From positions 9,130 to 73,129 of IMG/VR virus record IMGVR_UViG_3300029998_000020: a DNA stretch of 64,000 nucleotides. The stretch is one strand, 5' to 3'. Both the position numbers and the translations under genes were made by a program. The notes under the pieces are model-generated. The model had not been told where the DNA came from. It was given only the letters and a program-made list of their open reading frames with translations, and ran no database searches. Source of the DNA: a virus. Each line of letters starts with the position of its first letter. Positions within the stretch are counted from its first letter, which is position 1. This document shows positions 48,576 to 59,059 of the stretch, piece by piece.

Positions 48576-49274
48576 ATGAGAATAAATAAAGTAGATAATA
48601 ACAAATATGCAAAAGAATATAGAAATAAAAATTCTGAAAAAATAAAAGAGTATAGAAATAAAAATTCTGAAAAAAATAAAGAATATCAAAAAAAATATTT
48701 CAATGATAACAAAGAAATAATTAAAGAGAAACAAAATAAATATAATATTGAGAATAAAGAAAAAATAAAAGATACCAAAAAATTATATTCAGAAAGCAAC
48801 AGAGAAACAATATTAGAAAAAAAGAAAGAATATTATAATAACAATAAAGAAAAAATCAAAGAATATAATAAAGAATATTTTAAAAATAATAAACCTGAAC
48901 TAAATAAAAAAAGAAATATTTATTTGAAAAATAAAATATCAACTGATGATTTATTCAAATTGAAAATAAAGATAAGAACAATAATTTATAAATCTTTAAA
49001 AAAAAAGAAATATATTAAAAAAGAAAGTACTGAAGAAATACTTGGTTGTTCGTTTGAAATTTTTAAAAATTATATTGAATATCAATTCGAATCTTGGATG
49101 AATTGGGCTAATTATGTGAAATATAATGGAAATTATAAATATGGTTGGGATATTGACCATATAATAGAACTAAAAATAGCAGAAACAGATAGTGATATAT
49201 TAAAATTAAATTATTATACAAATCTAAGAACATTAGATTCTAAAATAAATAGGGTGGATAGAAATTTTCTGTAA
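48576..49274 (+). CDS. HNH-type endonuclease with KEY/KNSEK repeat stalk
   Basis: WDIDHII...LNYYTNLRTL...N. Confidence 0.7.
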   Translation: MRINKVDNNKYAKEYRNKNSEKIKEYRNKNSEKNKEYQKKYFNDNKEIIKEKQNKYNIENKEKIKDTKKLYSESNRETILEKKKEYYNNNKEKIKEYNKEYFKNNKPELNKKRNIYLKNKISTDDLFKLKIKIRTIIYKSLKKKKYIKKESTEEILGCSFEIFKNYIEYQFESWMNWANYVKYNGNYKYGWDIDHIIELKIAETDSDILKLNYYTNLRTLDSKINRVDRNFL

Positions 49275-49352
49275 TAAAAAATATACCTGATGTAGAAATA
49301 ACTCCAGGTAAATCTAATTAAGTTCATATTTTTAAATATGAACATTTTTAAT

Positions 49353-49970
49353 TTATTTTAAAACCTCTATAATTTTATCTATCCATAAAAATTTAGTAAC
49401 ATCAGATGTGTAATCATTTTGAAAAAAATATGGACCATCCTTAGGAGTTAAAAAAATATTTTCGTTAGAAGATAATGCTAAATATATATCACTAAACTCA
49501 GATTTTTCTATTGATTTTTTCATTATAGTTATATATAATTTTGCATTTTTTAGATTAGTAATTAGAATTGAGTGAGATGATAGCATATTATAAACTCTAT
49601 AATAATTTTCATTATAATTTTCAATATACATATCATATTTTATGCCTCCACAATTATATAAGCTACCTCCTAAATATATAAGATCAGATTCATCTGGAAT
49701 ATCAAAAAATTCTGGAAAATCATTTATTAAAGTTGCATCATCTTCAAATATAATAAATGGAAAATTATTATCACTTATAGCATTTTCAACCGCTGCTATG
49801 TGAGCATTGGCTATTGTTTCAGTTCTAATTGTAGATATATCATCAAATGTAATACGAGTAAATGATGATAAATTAAGACTTTTTAATGTATTTGTGATAT
49901 CATTTAACCTATGAGAAAATTTTTCAGGATTAATAAAATATCCATGAATGTCGGTATTTTTAAATTTCAT
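49353..49970 (-). CDS. GT25-like glycosyltransferase
   Basis: YFINP, AHIAA, IIFEDDA, LIYLGG, LSSHSIL. Confidence 0.7.
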   Translation of the reverse strand: MKFKNTDIHGYFINPEKFSHRLNDITNTLKSLNLSSFTRITFDDISTIRTETIANAHIAAVENAISDNNFPFIIFEDDATLINDFPEFFDIPDESDLIYLGGSLYNCGGIKYDMYIENYNENYYRVYNMLSSHSILITNLKNAKLYITIMKKSIEKSEFSDIYLALSSNENIFLTPKDGPYFFQNDYTSDVTKFLWIDKIIEVLK

Positions 49971-49984
49971 ATTTTTTTATTTTT

Positions 49985-50716
49985 TTAATAATATTTTAAT
50001 CTAGATTTATTTAAACTTATATTTCTCACTAAAGTAGAATAAGTTAAATTTAAATCTTTTGAGGCTTGTCCTATGGTATCATAAATTTTAGAAGTTAATG
50101 TATCAATAACTTTTTTTAATTTTTTGTGATTTTTACCAGATCTTTTTTCAATTTGATCAAAAGATTGAGTTATTCCAAAAAAATGAGAAGTTGTTCCTGT
50201 TTTTCCATACCAATAATTATTTTCTCCACTAGTTTTTAATTTCCTTTCTATGCTTTGTTTTTTTCCAAAATTAGGATTTTTTTCTCCTTTATTGCCAAAA
50301 TTTGCATTGCCTTCACCTTTAATTTTTTCACAAAATTCTTTAGATCTTTTTTTACCATAAGAAGGATGCAATGTTCCTTTTATTTTTCTTAATTTTTCTT
50401 TAGTTTCTTCACTATGTTTACCTTTACTACCACCTGATGCTAAATTCATCATTTCAAATCCATTTTTTTTATACTCATTTATATAAAAAATTTCTTTTTG
50501 ATCTAATATATCTTGTGTAACATCATCACAATTAAATTCGCATATTATTTCTATTGTGTGATTGTCAAAACCATATTTTACTAAAGAATTAAATATTTTT
50601 GGTTGACGTTCACATTTTAAATTTTTATATTTTCTAAAACGTTTTTTTAAATCCCAACTTTGTCCTATATAAATTTTATCAGATGGACTTGTTATTTTAT
50701 ATATTCCAATATTCAT
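49985..50716 (-). CDS. GIY-YIG homing endonuclease with NUMOD3 repeats
   Basis: GIYKI...KIYIGQS...R; HSEETKEK; HPSYGKK. Confidence 0.9.
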   Translation of the reverse strand: MNIGIYKITSPSDKIYIGQSWDLKKRFRKYKNLKCERQPKIFNSLVKYGFDNHTIEIICEFNCDDVTQDILDQKEIFYINEYKKNGFEMMNLASGGSKGKHSEETKEKLRKIKGTLHPSYGKKRSKEFCEKIKGEGNANFGNKGEKNPNFGKKQSIERKLKTSGENNYWYGKTGTTSHFFGITQSFDQIEKRSGKNHKKLKKVIDTLTSKIYDTIGQASKDLNLTYSTLVRNISLNKSRLKYY

Positions 50717-51467
50717 AAGTTAATTTGTTGTTTTGTATATTTATTGAATTGTTTTTATGTATTAACAATTCATTTTTTATATCATTAACATCTAAATCAG
50801 TGTATCTAGTTTCGCCTATACCACCTTTATCACTAATCGCAAATGCAAAATCTTTACATGAAACTACTTTTGTAGGTGGATTGAAATGAAAATAACCATT
50901 AATATAACTTTCGTCATTTACGCCGGGCTCATATGGTATTTTTTTATCTTCAAGTTGATAAAATAACATAATATTACAAAATTTTATCATGTTTTCAGAA
51001 TTACCTCCAAAAAATGCACCGTAGTAATACATTTGAGGTAATTTAGTATCAAGTGGTACATATGCTTTTGATAATGGATTTCTATCGAATCCTTTTTCAT
51101 TTTTCATCCAATCTTGATCTGCATAATGTTGTCCTCCAACCAAATCACCAACAAACCATTCTTCTGTAAAATCAGTATTTACATTAGTATCAGCATCAAA
51201 ATAAAACAAGTAATCACTTTTTAATTTATTTTTTATTGATAATATTGATGTAAATTTCAAATTAGTACCATCAACCCAATTGCTATTAGATGCATAAAAA
51301 TATTCTACATCTATATCATCAGGAATATAATCTTTTGGATTATTATCAGAGAAAAAATAAAATGTTATATTTTTATCTCCTTTATAAAAATTCATAAATC
51401 TTTTAATAAATCTCACACCCAATACAAAATATGCATTTGTTGCTAATACTACTATTCCTATATTCAT
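50697..51467 (-). CDS. GT6-family (ABO-like) glycosyltransferase
   Basis: IGIVVLATNAY, FYFDADT (DxD), YYYGAFFGG, NDESYIN. Confidence 0.82.
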   Translation of the reverse strand: MNIGIVVLATNAYFVLGVRFIKRFMNFYKGDKNITFYFFSDNNPKDYIPDDIDVEYFYASNSNWVDGTNLKFTSILSIKNKLKSDYLFYFDADTNVNTDFTEEWFVGDLVGGQHYADQDWMKNEKGFDRNPLSKAYVPLDTKLPQMYYYGAFFGGNSENMIKFCNIMLFYQLEDKKIPYEPGVNDESYINGYFHFNPPTKVVSCKDFAFAISDKGGIGETRYTDLDVNDIKNELLIHKNNSINIQNNKLTYEYWNI

Positions 51468-51485
51468 TTAATTATATTTAATTTT

Positions 51486-52397
51486 TTACCAGATGATATC
51501 TTTGAAATTCTCTTCTGTTTCTTTTATTTCTTGTACATAATTATATGTACAATTATCAGTATCAACTTTTATATCTTTATTAAATGGTGAAACTTGATAT
51601 TCAATTTTACTAAAGTGAGTATCACTTTTACCTACTATTCCTGCATTATGAAAAATATAAGTTTCATCCCATCTGTTTATATTATCAGTAGCCCAACTAA
51701 ATTCTAACTCTTTGTTAATCTCAACTTCATGATTAAAATAAACTGCATTCCATAGAACTGCCCACATATCAGACGTCCATGATTGAATAGGATGCTCAGG
51801 ATTATATATACTTTCTGTGCTTTTCATATGAGAATATAATTTTTCACAATCATTATACACTTTTTTCCAATATTCAGAATTTATTCCTTTCATTAGATAT
51901 TGTGCTCCTCCTGCATTTTCATCAATTGCTACTATATCTTCTGGTTTTACTTTAGATATTTCACACATCTCATTAAATAATTTTTCACTTTTACTTTTTA
52001 TATACACTGTATCAATATAAGATCTAGTGTCACTCAAATGCCATTTATTGTCGTTTTCCATTTCAGTGAAATCTATTTTTTTAGTAAAAATCATATCTGG
52101 ATCACAATAAAAAAATGTTTCATTATTATACTCAGGATGTTCTAAAAACATTTTTTCTAATATGTGAGGTCTTAATGAAGATGGATATTTTGGATTTATT
52201 CTTTCATCTTTATAGATGAAAAATTTAGATTTAATTTTATCATTATTCATTATTGATTTTAGAACTGGACTAGGACTTGAAGTTGATATTACATATATTG
52301 TATCATCGTCATATCCGTATTTCATAAAATTGTTAATTTGTACAAGAACTTGCCACAAATAATAATTATGATCAAAAGTTGCTACTAATATTTTCAT
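51486..52397 (-). CDS. GT-A glycosyltransferase resembling peptide O-glycosyltransferases (HPAT/SGT-like)
   Basis: YYLWQ, FYCDPDMIF, GGAQYLM, WTSDMWAVL. Confidence 0.6.
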   Translation of the reverse strand: MKILVATFDHNYYLWQVLVQINNFMKYGYDDDTIYVISTSSPSPVLKSIMNNDKIKSKFFIYKDERINPKYPSSLRPHILEKMFLEHPEYNNETFFYCDPDMIFTKKIDFTEMENDNKWHLSDTRSYIDTVYIKSKSEKLFNEMCEISKVKPEDIVAIDENAGGAQYLMKGINSEYWKKVYNDCEKLYSHMKSTESIYNPEHPIQSWTSDMWAVLWNAVYFNHEVEINKELEFSWATDNINRWDETYIFHNAGIVGKSDTHFSKIEYQVSPFNKDIKVDTDNCTYNYVQEIKETEENFKDIIW

Positions 52398-52454
52398 TTT
52401 TATATTTTTTATTTGATTATTGTATATAAAAAATATCTAAATGTTTATAATTTA

Positions 52455-52493
52455 TAAAAAAATAACTGATTACATTGATAATCAGTTATTTTT
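52455..52493 (-). terminator. Intrinsic terminator
   Basis: AAAAATAACTGATTA-CATTGA-TAATCAGTTATTTTT. Confidence 0.65.
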
Positions 52494-52511
52494 AATCATA
52501 TACTTAATGAA

Positions 52512-54542
52512 TTATGGATAAACATATAAATTCGGTTCTTGATCAATTCCAGCAGATGTTACAACTTTAATACTAGAAGGACCAGTATATCCAAGAGTAT
52601 TAGGAATGATTCCTTTTATTTCTGACTCAGATACATATTCTTGTGAATCTAAATATATATATTCTACATTACCTGTATTTCCAGATGGTATTACACTAAT
52701 GTAAGCATCTGTATAATATTTAACAAAATTTTGTCCTGATATAGTAATTAAAGATCCTTCTGAATAAGTAGAACCTGTTACATAAGTTATAGGATATGAT
52801 AGTAATGATGGTGGCAAAGATGCTTGAATATAAGATTCAAATGGAGAATGTGATATGGTTCCATTTAATGTAGTAGCATAAATATTCATAATTTCATTCG
52901 TACCAGAATGTGTTATTCCAGATGGTACAATCACTCTCAAATGATTGTTATTTATAGTCGTTGTTGTGCCATAAGTACCTGGATAAGATACACCAAAACT
53001 AATTGTACCTCCAGATAGAAGACTACCATATATGTTAATAACATCGCCATATTTTCCAAATATAGGACTTATTTTTGATATTATAGGTTCATTTACAGAA
53101 TCAACAGTAAATCCGCTCATAGTATAATTACCATTTGTACTTTCTACTCTAATATCAACATCACCTGTAGGTATGATATCAGTTGTTGATGCTGCATTTA
53201 ATATTTGTACAGTTAATCCTGATGCGCTGTTATATGAAAATCTAGACAACACATTTCCGACATATACACTCATTGAAGGATTGGTTATAAATCCAGTACC
53301 ATATAAACCTATTGAATGTAGTCCTCTTTGTGAATGAGTAGTACTAAAACTTGTTATAGATAATGGTTTGTTAGATAGTACGTCGTAAGAATAAGATAAT
53401 GATGAGCCATATTTATTTATTACTATTACAGTATTTTTACCTGGTATTACATCATTTCCTATATGAATATCGCAAGTTGTTGAACTAATTATAGTATAAT
53501 CACATATTACTCCACTAAATGTAATTGTTAAAGGTATATTAAAATTTGTACCTATCATTGTTACTGTGTTTCCTGGATAAACTGACGGACTTATACTTGA
53601 TATTGTTGGAATTATACTATTAGTAACTCCGCAAACTGTGAATCCAGATAATGATGTATCATCTACTTTTATTGATGTGTCTCCTATTGGTGTTTCATTT
53701 GAAATAACTGCTGTCATATAACCAGAATTGTGTACAGTTACATTTGTTGATTGAGTTGGACCAAAACGTATTAATGTTGTGCCAGTATTAAAATTTGCAC
53801 CAAATATATCAATTGTGTCTCCTATATTGGCATATGTAGGATTAAAACTATCAAATAATGGAATTAAGCCATTATCAATAGTTATATTTTTGAATAAACT
53901 TTGACCAATATTTGTTTGTATATATAATTGAGTAGGTCCAAGTGCCAATAAAGGTACCTTTGCAGTCAATTTAGTTGAGCTAATTACAGTTGTAACAACC
54001 TCAATTGATGGTACAAAATATAATTTTGTTTTTCCAGCTATGAAATATAATCCTTCTATAGTTATTGTAGAATTAATACTTGCAATAGAAGGACATATTG
54101 TTATTATTGGTTTATTAATTTGATTATAAACTCTATATTTTACTGCTGGCCCAAATCCAAATGGTGATGTTAATATGACATCAACTTCATTGTCATAATT
54201 TGATAGTTCAGGTATTATAACTGTTAATTGATTTGGTGAAAATATTGTTGTTACTCCTGTTACTCCACTAAATGATGCTACAGTATCATTAACAAAATTT
54301 ATTCCATATATTGTTATAGAATCTCCATTATATGCACTAGTTGGATTGAAGTTTAATATGGTTGGTACATTTGAATATCCTGCTAATAAATATGTAGAAT
54401 CACTACCATTATCATCTTTTATCCAAAATCCTTTAGTATCTCCACTACTTACAGTAGAATCATCATAACCAAAATAAACATAACCTTTTTCAGGCGTTTC
54501 AACCTCTTCTTTAAGTATTTTTTTAATTTTAATATAACTCAT
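52512..54542 (-). CDS. IPT/TIG-repeat (Ig-like) virion protein
   Basis: About seven P.I..F.P....G..ITI.G.NF repeats. Confidence 0.82.
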   Translation of the reverse strand: MSYIKIKKILKEEVETPEKGYVYFGYDDSTVSSGDTKGFWIKDDNGSDSTYLLAGYSNVPTILNFNPTSAYNGDSITIYGINFVNDTVASFSGVTGVTTIFSPNQLTVIIPELSNYDNEVDVILTSPFGFGPAVKYRVYNQINKPIITICPSIASINSTITIEGLYFIAGKTKLYFVPSIEVVTTVISSTKLTAKVPLLALGPTQLYIQTNIGQSLFKNITIDNGLIPLFDSFNPTYANIGDTIDIFGANFNTGTTLIRFGPTQSTNVTVHNSGYMTAVISNETPIGDTSIKVDDTSLSGFTVCGVTNSIIPTISSISPSVYPGNTVTMIGTNFNIPLTITFSGVICDYTIISSTTCDIHIGNDVIPGKNTVIVINKYGSSLSYSYDVLSNKPLSITSFSTTHSQRGLHSIGLYGTGFITNPSMSVYVGNVLSRFSYNSASGLTVQILNAASTTDIIPTGDVDIRVESTNGNYTMSGFTVDSVNEPIISKISPIFGKYGDVINIYGSLLSGGTISFGVSYPGTYGTTTTINNNHLRVIVPSGITHSGTNEIMNIYATTLNGTISHSPFESYIQASLPPSLLSYPITYVTGSTYSEGSLITISGQNFVKYYTDAYISVIPSGNTGNVEYIYLDSQEYVSESEIKGIIPNTLGYTGPSSIKVVTSAGIDQEPNLYVYP

Positions 54543-54577
54543 ATATAACGATTTTTCTTTTCGTTATATATAAATAT

Positions 54578-57040
54578 TTAAATTTCATATTGTATTTCCA
54601 ATATTTTATTTCTTTCATAAAATACTATTAGCAATTTGTTTGTATCTTCAAATAATTTTATTTTCGGAATACACCAACTTACACTATTTTTATTTAAAGA
54701 TATTTCAGATATTGTGTAATATGTTTTATTAGTATTTAAATCTTTAATGTCAATATTTAATGACTGCAAATCATCACCATTATAATATATCATCAATTTA
54801 TTTTCATTTCTATCATAACTTATTTTTATGTTATTTTTATCTAAATTGTAATCAATTATATATTTTTTAAAATCAAATAATTTAGGATTTTCTACCAATT
54901 TTGATTCAATTATTCTATCAGTTATCATTTCAGGAGTTATGTTAATAGAACATTCAAATTGTTTATCTGTATCTTTATGCATAGGACACCAATTCCAATC
55001 ACCTGGATCAAATTTATGAGTATTAAAACATCCATTACAAACATTAAAATTGTGTATATTTATGTTATTAGTTTTAAACTCACAAAAAGGATTAGAAAAA
55101 CCTGACATCATTACTACTTTTTTACCTACAGCCCATGCCAACCAACTCAATCCTGAACCAATTCCAATATAGAATTCACACCATTTTAATTGATTTATTC
55201 TGTGCTCAATAGGAAAATCACCAGTGTTATCTATAATATTTTTTAGATTTGTTGATTGCTTACTTATTGTCATAACTTTATACCCTTGCGTATTAAGCCA
55301 ATCAACTAAAATTTGCCATCCTTTATTACTATCTTTACAAGGATAATGCCAATGTTTAGAGTTCGCAGTTGAGAATTGCCCAATACAAATATATTTTTCT
55401 TTAATTGGTCTAACGCCTTCAGGAATTTCAATCTTTGGTATTATTTCTTCATATTCTAATCCAAGAATATCACTTGCTGTTTTTTGTAATGGTATGGTTT
55501 TATAATCAATCGGATTTTTATTACTATCAAATGGTGAATACCATCCAATTTTATATTTAGCATATAAATTTTCTGTGTTTGCTTTTCCTGGATCAACAAA
55601 TGTTATTTCTGGGTATTGTTTTATAAACCAACTATTCCAAAATGTTGAGCACTGAATATTACAATTATGTTTTTTTCTAAATTCTTCTACATATGGAAAC
55701 CATGCTAATGTATCTCCAATTGATTTACTTTCTATTGTTATTAAAACATTTCTATTTGTTAAATCAAAATCATGTGTAATTAATTCGTTATTATGAAATA
55801 TATTAATTTTATACTCCTTATAACATTCATTATTTGTACGACACCAATTATTGTTATTTAATGTTTTTTTGTATATAATTTCTTTTGTATTTTTATCTAT
55901 TATTTCAACATCAAACTCAGATTTTACATCTCCAAGAATTTCTACATTTGCACCGTTAATAAAACTAATATTATAATCATATTGTGGTTCTATTAATTTT
56001 TGAATTGTTTTATTAAGATTAAGTGTGTCATTATATTCTGTTGTTAATCTTGATTCAAATGTTACATTATTATCTATTCTTTTAATATTAAAATTATCCA
56101 AAATTCTTTTAGAATCTTTATCAACATTCATTGTTAAATATTTAATATTTTTGCATGAATCATAAGTATCTAAATATGTATTAAGATTATTTAAATAAAT
56201 AGGCATATTATATGATGTTGCTTCTTTAACAGCTAACGGGTTCAACTCTAATATAGAAGAATGAATTAACAAATCAGATGCTTGGTAAAATGTATCAACG
56301 TCACTTCTTTCTCCATGTATTATACAATTAATTGGTTTATTATTTAACAAAGGTTTCCAATAATCTTCAAAATTTTCTGCTTGATTACCAACAAAGTGAA
56401 ATTGTATTTTATAGTCTTTTAATTTTTCAGCTATTTCAAATACATATCCTTGATTTTTTCCTTTTGTGAATAACCCAACATTTAAAACATGAAAATACTC
56501 AGAATCAAATTTTAATTCGTCAATAGCTAATCCTTTATTTGCTATTAATTTTTCAGATGGATATTCAATAATAGAAGATGGAATATTGAATTTGTTATAT
56601 TGTAGTTGTGAATATTTTGATACAAATAAAAATTTATCTGGGAAATATTTTTTTTTGCTAATATCAAAAGTTGAAGTATGAGTAGTTTCTATTATTTTAT
56701 ATGGTCTGTCATTTCTATATAACCAATTTATATGCTCATTTCTCATTCCAAAAATAAATATTTCTGGTATTTCTTCCATATGAATAATATCAGGATTGAT
56801 ATTATTAATTATATCTTCAAACAAATCACGCTTTGTTTCATTTTCATTATCTCCAAGCGAAATGAATTTATCTCCTAATAACTCAATAAGTCTATTCCTC
56901 TGCACAACAAAACTCCAAGAAATTTGTCTATATTCAATAAGATATACATCATTTGTTTTTATTAAATATTCTACTCTTTTAAGAGCTACCATCGGAAGTC
57001 CTCCTGTAGATCCGTGAGGAATTATTATAAGTATTTTCAT
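54578..57040 (-). CDS. Fused GT4 plus AAH/TibC-like (autotransporter heptosyltransferase family) glycosyltransferase
   Basis: GT4 NVGLF...KNQ...E..PL...EA; SIGDTLAWFPYVEEFRKKH, GIGSGLSWLAW, CNGCFN...WCP...FEC. Confidence 0.8.
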   Translation of the reverse strand: MKILIIIPHGSTGGLPMVALKRVEYLIKTNDVYLIEYRQISWSFVVQRNRLIELLGDKFISLGDNENETKRDLFEDIINNINPDIIHMEEIPEIFIFGMRNEHINWLYRNDRPYKIIETTHTSTFDISKKKYFPDKFLFVSKYSQLQYNKFNIPSSIIEYPSEKLIANKGLAIDELKFDSEYFHVLNVGLFTKGKNQGYVFEIAEKLKDYKIQFHFVGNQAENFEDYWKPLLNNKPINCIIHGERSDVDTFYQASDLLIHSSILELNPLAVKEATSYNMPIYLNNLNTYLDTYDSCKNIKYLTMNVDKDSKRILDNFNIKRIDNNVTFESRLTTEYNDTLNLNKTIQKLIEPQYDYNISFINGANVEILGDVKSEFDVEIIDKNTKEIIYKKTLNNNNWCRTNNECYKEYKINIFHNNELITHDFDLTNRNVLITIESKSIGDTLAWFPYVEEFRKKHNCNIQCSTFWNSWFIKQYPEITFVDPGKANTENLYAKYKIGWYSPFDSNKNPIDYKTIPLQKTASDILGLEYEEIIPKIEIPEGVRPIKEKYICIGQFSTANSKHWHYPCKDSNKGWQILVDWLNTQGYKVMTISKQSTNLKNIIDNTGDFPIEHRINQLKWCEFYIGIGSGLSWLAWAVGKKVVMMSGFSNPFCEFKTNNINIHNFNVCNGCFNTHKFDPGDWNWCPMHKDTDKQFECSINITPEMITDRIIESKLVENPKLFDFKKYIIDYNLDKNNIKISYDRNENKLMIYYNGDDLQSLNIDIKDLNTNKTYYTISEISLNKNSVSWCIPKIKLFEDTNKLLIVFYERNKILEIQYEI

Positions 57041-57098
57041 TGTACATTATTTATTTTTAATTTTTATTCTAACTTTTATGATAAGTTTATAATTTTAA

Positions 57099-57137
57099 TA
57101 AAAAAAGCATCATTGACAAATCAATGATGCTTTTTTT
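57099..57137 (-). terminator. Intrinsic terminator after nadE
   Basis: AAAAAAAGCATCATTGA-CAAA-TCAATGATGCTTTTTTT. Confidence 0.75.
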
Positions 57138-57151
57138 AAAAATTTAATATA

Positions 57152-58918
57152 TTAATCAATTGAAACGTTATTAACAGGCTTGTATTTGTTAATTAATGTT
57201 TCTCTATTACTAAATCCTCTGCTTCTTGGACTCATGATAACAATAGGAGAACTTTGAGCAGCTTTATAAACTGAAATTTTCATTTTACTAACAGCAAAAT
57301 TTACTTGCTCATTCCATTGTTTGATATCATATTTATAAACTTCCTCCATTTTAGGGAAATAGTCAATATTTAATGAATGATTTTTATAATCTAAAATCAA
57401 ATCATCTCGTGTTTTTCTATCTCTAATTAAAGATGCACATATTCCACTTTGCACCCAATAATCAATAGGATCTTCATTTGCATCAGGTAATTCTGCTGCA
57501 GGTTTAAATTTACCATTATATAAATCAAAAGGTACAATCTCATCTTTATACAATTCTGTGTTTATATAATCTGACAATTCATACAATTCAACTTTTGTCA
57601 AATCACCAATAATAGCATGAACACCAATTGATCCAATATCATGAAATGAAGCCCAGCCAAGAACTATTTCAGTGTGATTTCCAGTTGATACAATACCACT
57701 TTTAAATCTGTGAGTATCTTCTAATCCTAACACAGTTCTTAGTACAGCATGAATTGATGCTTTACCTGTATCACTTAATTCAGGTGAATCACTCATATGA
57801 ATTTTATCAACTTCTAATATTTCATTGACTGTTGATTGAATAGGTTGCCAGTATGTATTTGTTCCTAATTTTTCGTCTAATTGAGTTACATAATCTTTTG
57901 ATTTAGTATTCAATGAAGATGGATTAGATATAAATATTGTATGTTCTTTACCCATAGCACGATAAACTAATGCTGCTACAATAGATGAATCAAGTCCTCC
58001 TGACACATGAACTTGAGCATTTTCAATTCCTGATAATTTGAAAAATTCTTTTTGTTCAAATAGAATTGCATCAGTAATTTCTTTATATTTACTATCATCG
58101 CTACCTACTATTGGTTCACTTTTTTTTAGTCTGAATGTTTCAGTTGTTTCTTTAAATTTAGGTAGTTCTTTAACTAATCTACCATAACTATTATAGACAA
58201 GAGAACCTCCATCGTAAATTATAATATTTTTAACAATATCTCCACAACCAACAGAATTTAATGATACTACTGGAACCATATTATTTTTTGCAATTTTAGA
58301 AAATAAATTTTTTCTGATTTTTTGCTTACCATAATAAAAATATGATTGATTAGGTATAATTAAAATTTCTGCCCCCATATTAACCATTTCTTGTGGTATG
58401 TCTCTATGATGGTTCATAAACCAAGAATCTTCACAAATTGGTATTCCTATGATAGTTTTACCTGCATTTGGTAAGTAAACTTCAAAAACTTTAGTTTCAG
58501 TTCCTTCTGTGAAATATTTTCTATCTTCATGATGATCTGTATCTGCTAACAATTGTTTATCATAGGTACGAATTCCATCTTTATCAATTACCGCTACTGA
58601 ATTTTTCAATATAGGAAATCCATTTCTGTTATTACCATGTGATGAAACGAATCCAACAATAATAATACCATGTAATCCTATTTCTTTTCTGAATTTTTGA
58701 ATTTCTTTCAATTTTGTGATTTGATCACGAATGAAATCTTCTCTATCCCAAAGAGAACCACAACAATAACCACTAATAGCAGTTTCTGGGAAAACTGATA
58801 TATCTACAAAATTTTTACTATCTAATTTTAAACAATCCATAATTTTTTGGGTATTTCCAATTAAATCACCAGTGACTGTATTAATCTGATGTAACGAAAT
58901 ATTTGCATTTTCAATCAT
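57152..58918 (-). CDS. nadE: Glutamine-dependent NAD+ synthetase
   Basis: Nitrilase triad FPE/YDK/ICED plus synthetase VSGGLDSS, IGDLTK, PAAEL. Confidence 0.9.
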   Translation of the reverse strand: MIENANISLHQINTVTGDLIGNTQKIMDCLKLDSKNFVDISVFPETAISGYCCGSLWDREDFIRDQITKLKEIQKFRKEIGLHGIIIVGFVSSHGNNRNGFPILKNSVAVIDKDGIRTYDKQLLADTDHHEDRKYFTEGTETKVFEVYLPNAGKTIIGIPICEDSWFMNHHRDIPQEMVNMGAEILIIPNQSYFYYGKQKIRKNLFSKIAKNNMVPVVSLNSVGCGDIVKNIIIYDGGSLVYNSYGRLVKELPKFKETTETFRLKKSEPIVGSDDSKYKEITDAILFEQKEFFKLSGIENAQVHVSGGLDSSIVAALVYRAMGKEHTIFISNPSSLNTKSKDYVTQLDEKLGTNTYWQPIQSTVNEILEVDKIHMSDSPELSDTGKASIHAVLRTVLGLEDTHRFKSGIVSTGNHTEIVLGWASFHDIGSIGVHAIIGDLTKVELYELSDYINTELYKDEIVPFDLYNGKFKPAAELPDANEDPIDYWVQSGICASLIRDRKTRDDLILDYKNHSLNIDYFPKMEEVYKYDIKQWNEQVNFAVSKMKISVYKAAQSSPIVIMSPRSRGFSNRETLINKYKPVNNVSID

Positions 58919-58945
58919 AATATGTGAATGTTTTTAATTTTACTA

Positions 58946-58977
58946 CAAAAATACATATAATAATTGACATAAACAAA
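58946..58977 (-). promoter_or_regulatory. Bacteroidota sigma70-type promoter for nadE
   Basis: TTTG-N20-TATTTTTG. Confidence 0.6.
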
Positions 58978-59059
58978 AAATTCATAATATAATTATGAAT
59001 TTAATCGAGTAATTAAATATAGTTGTGAAATCTTTTATTATTTTTATTTAATGTGTTAT

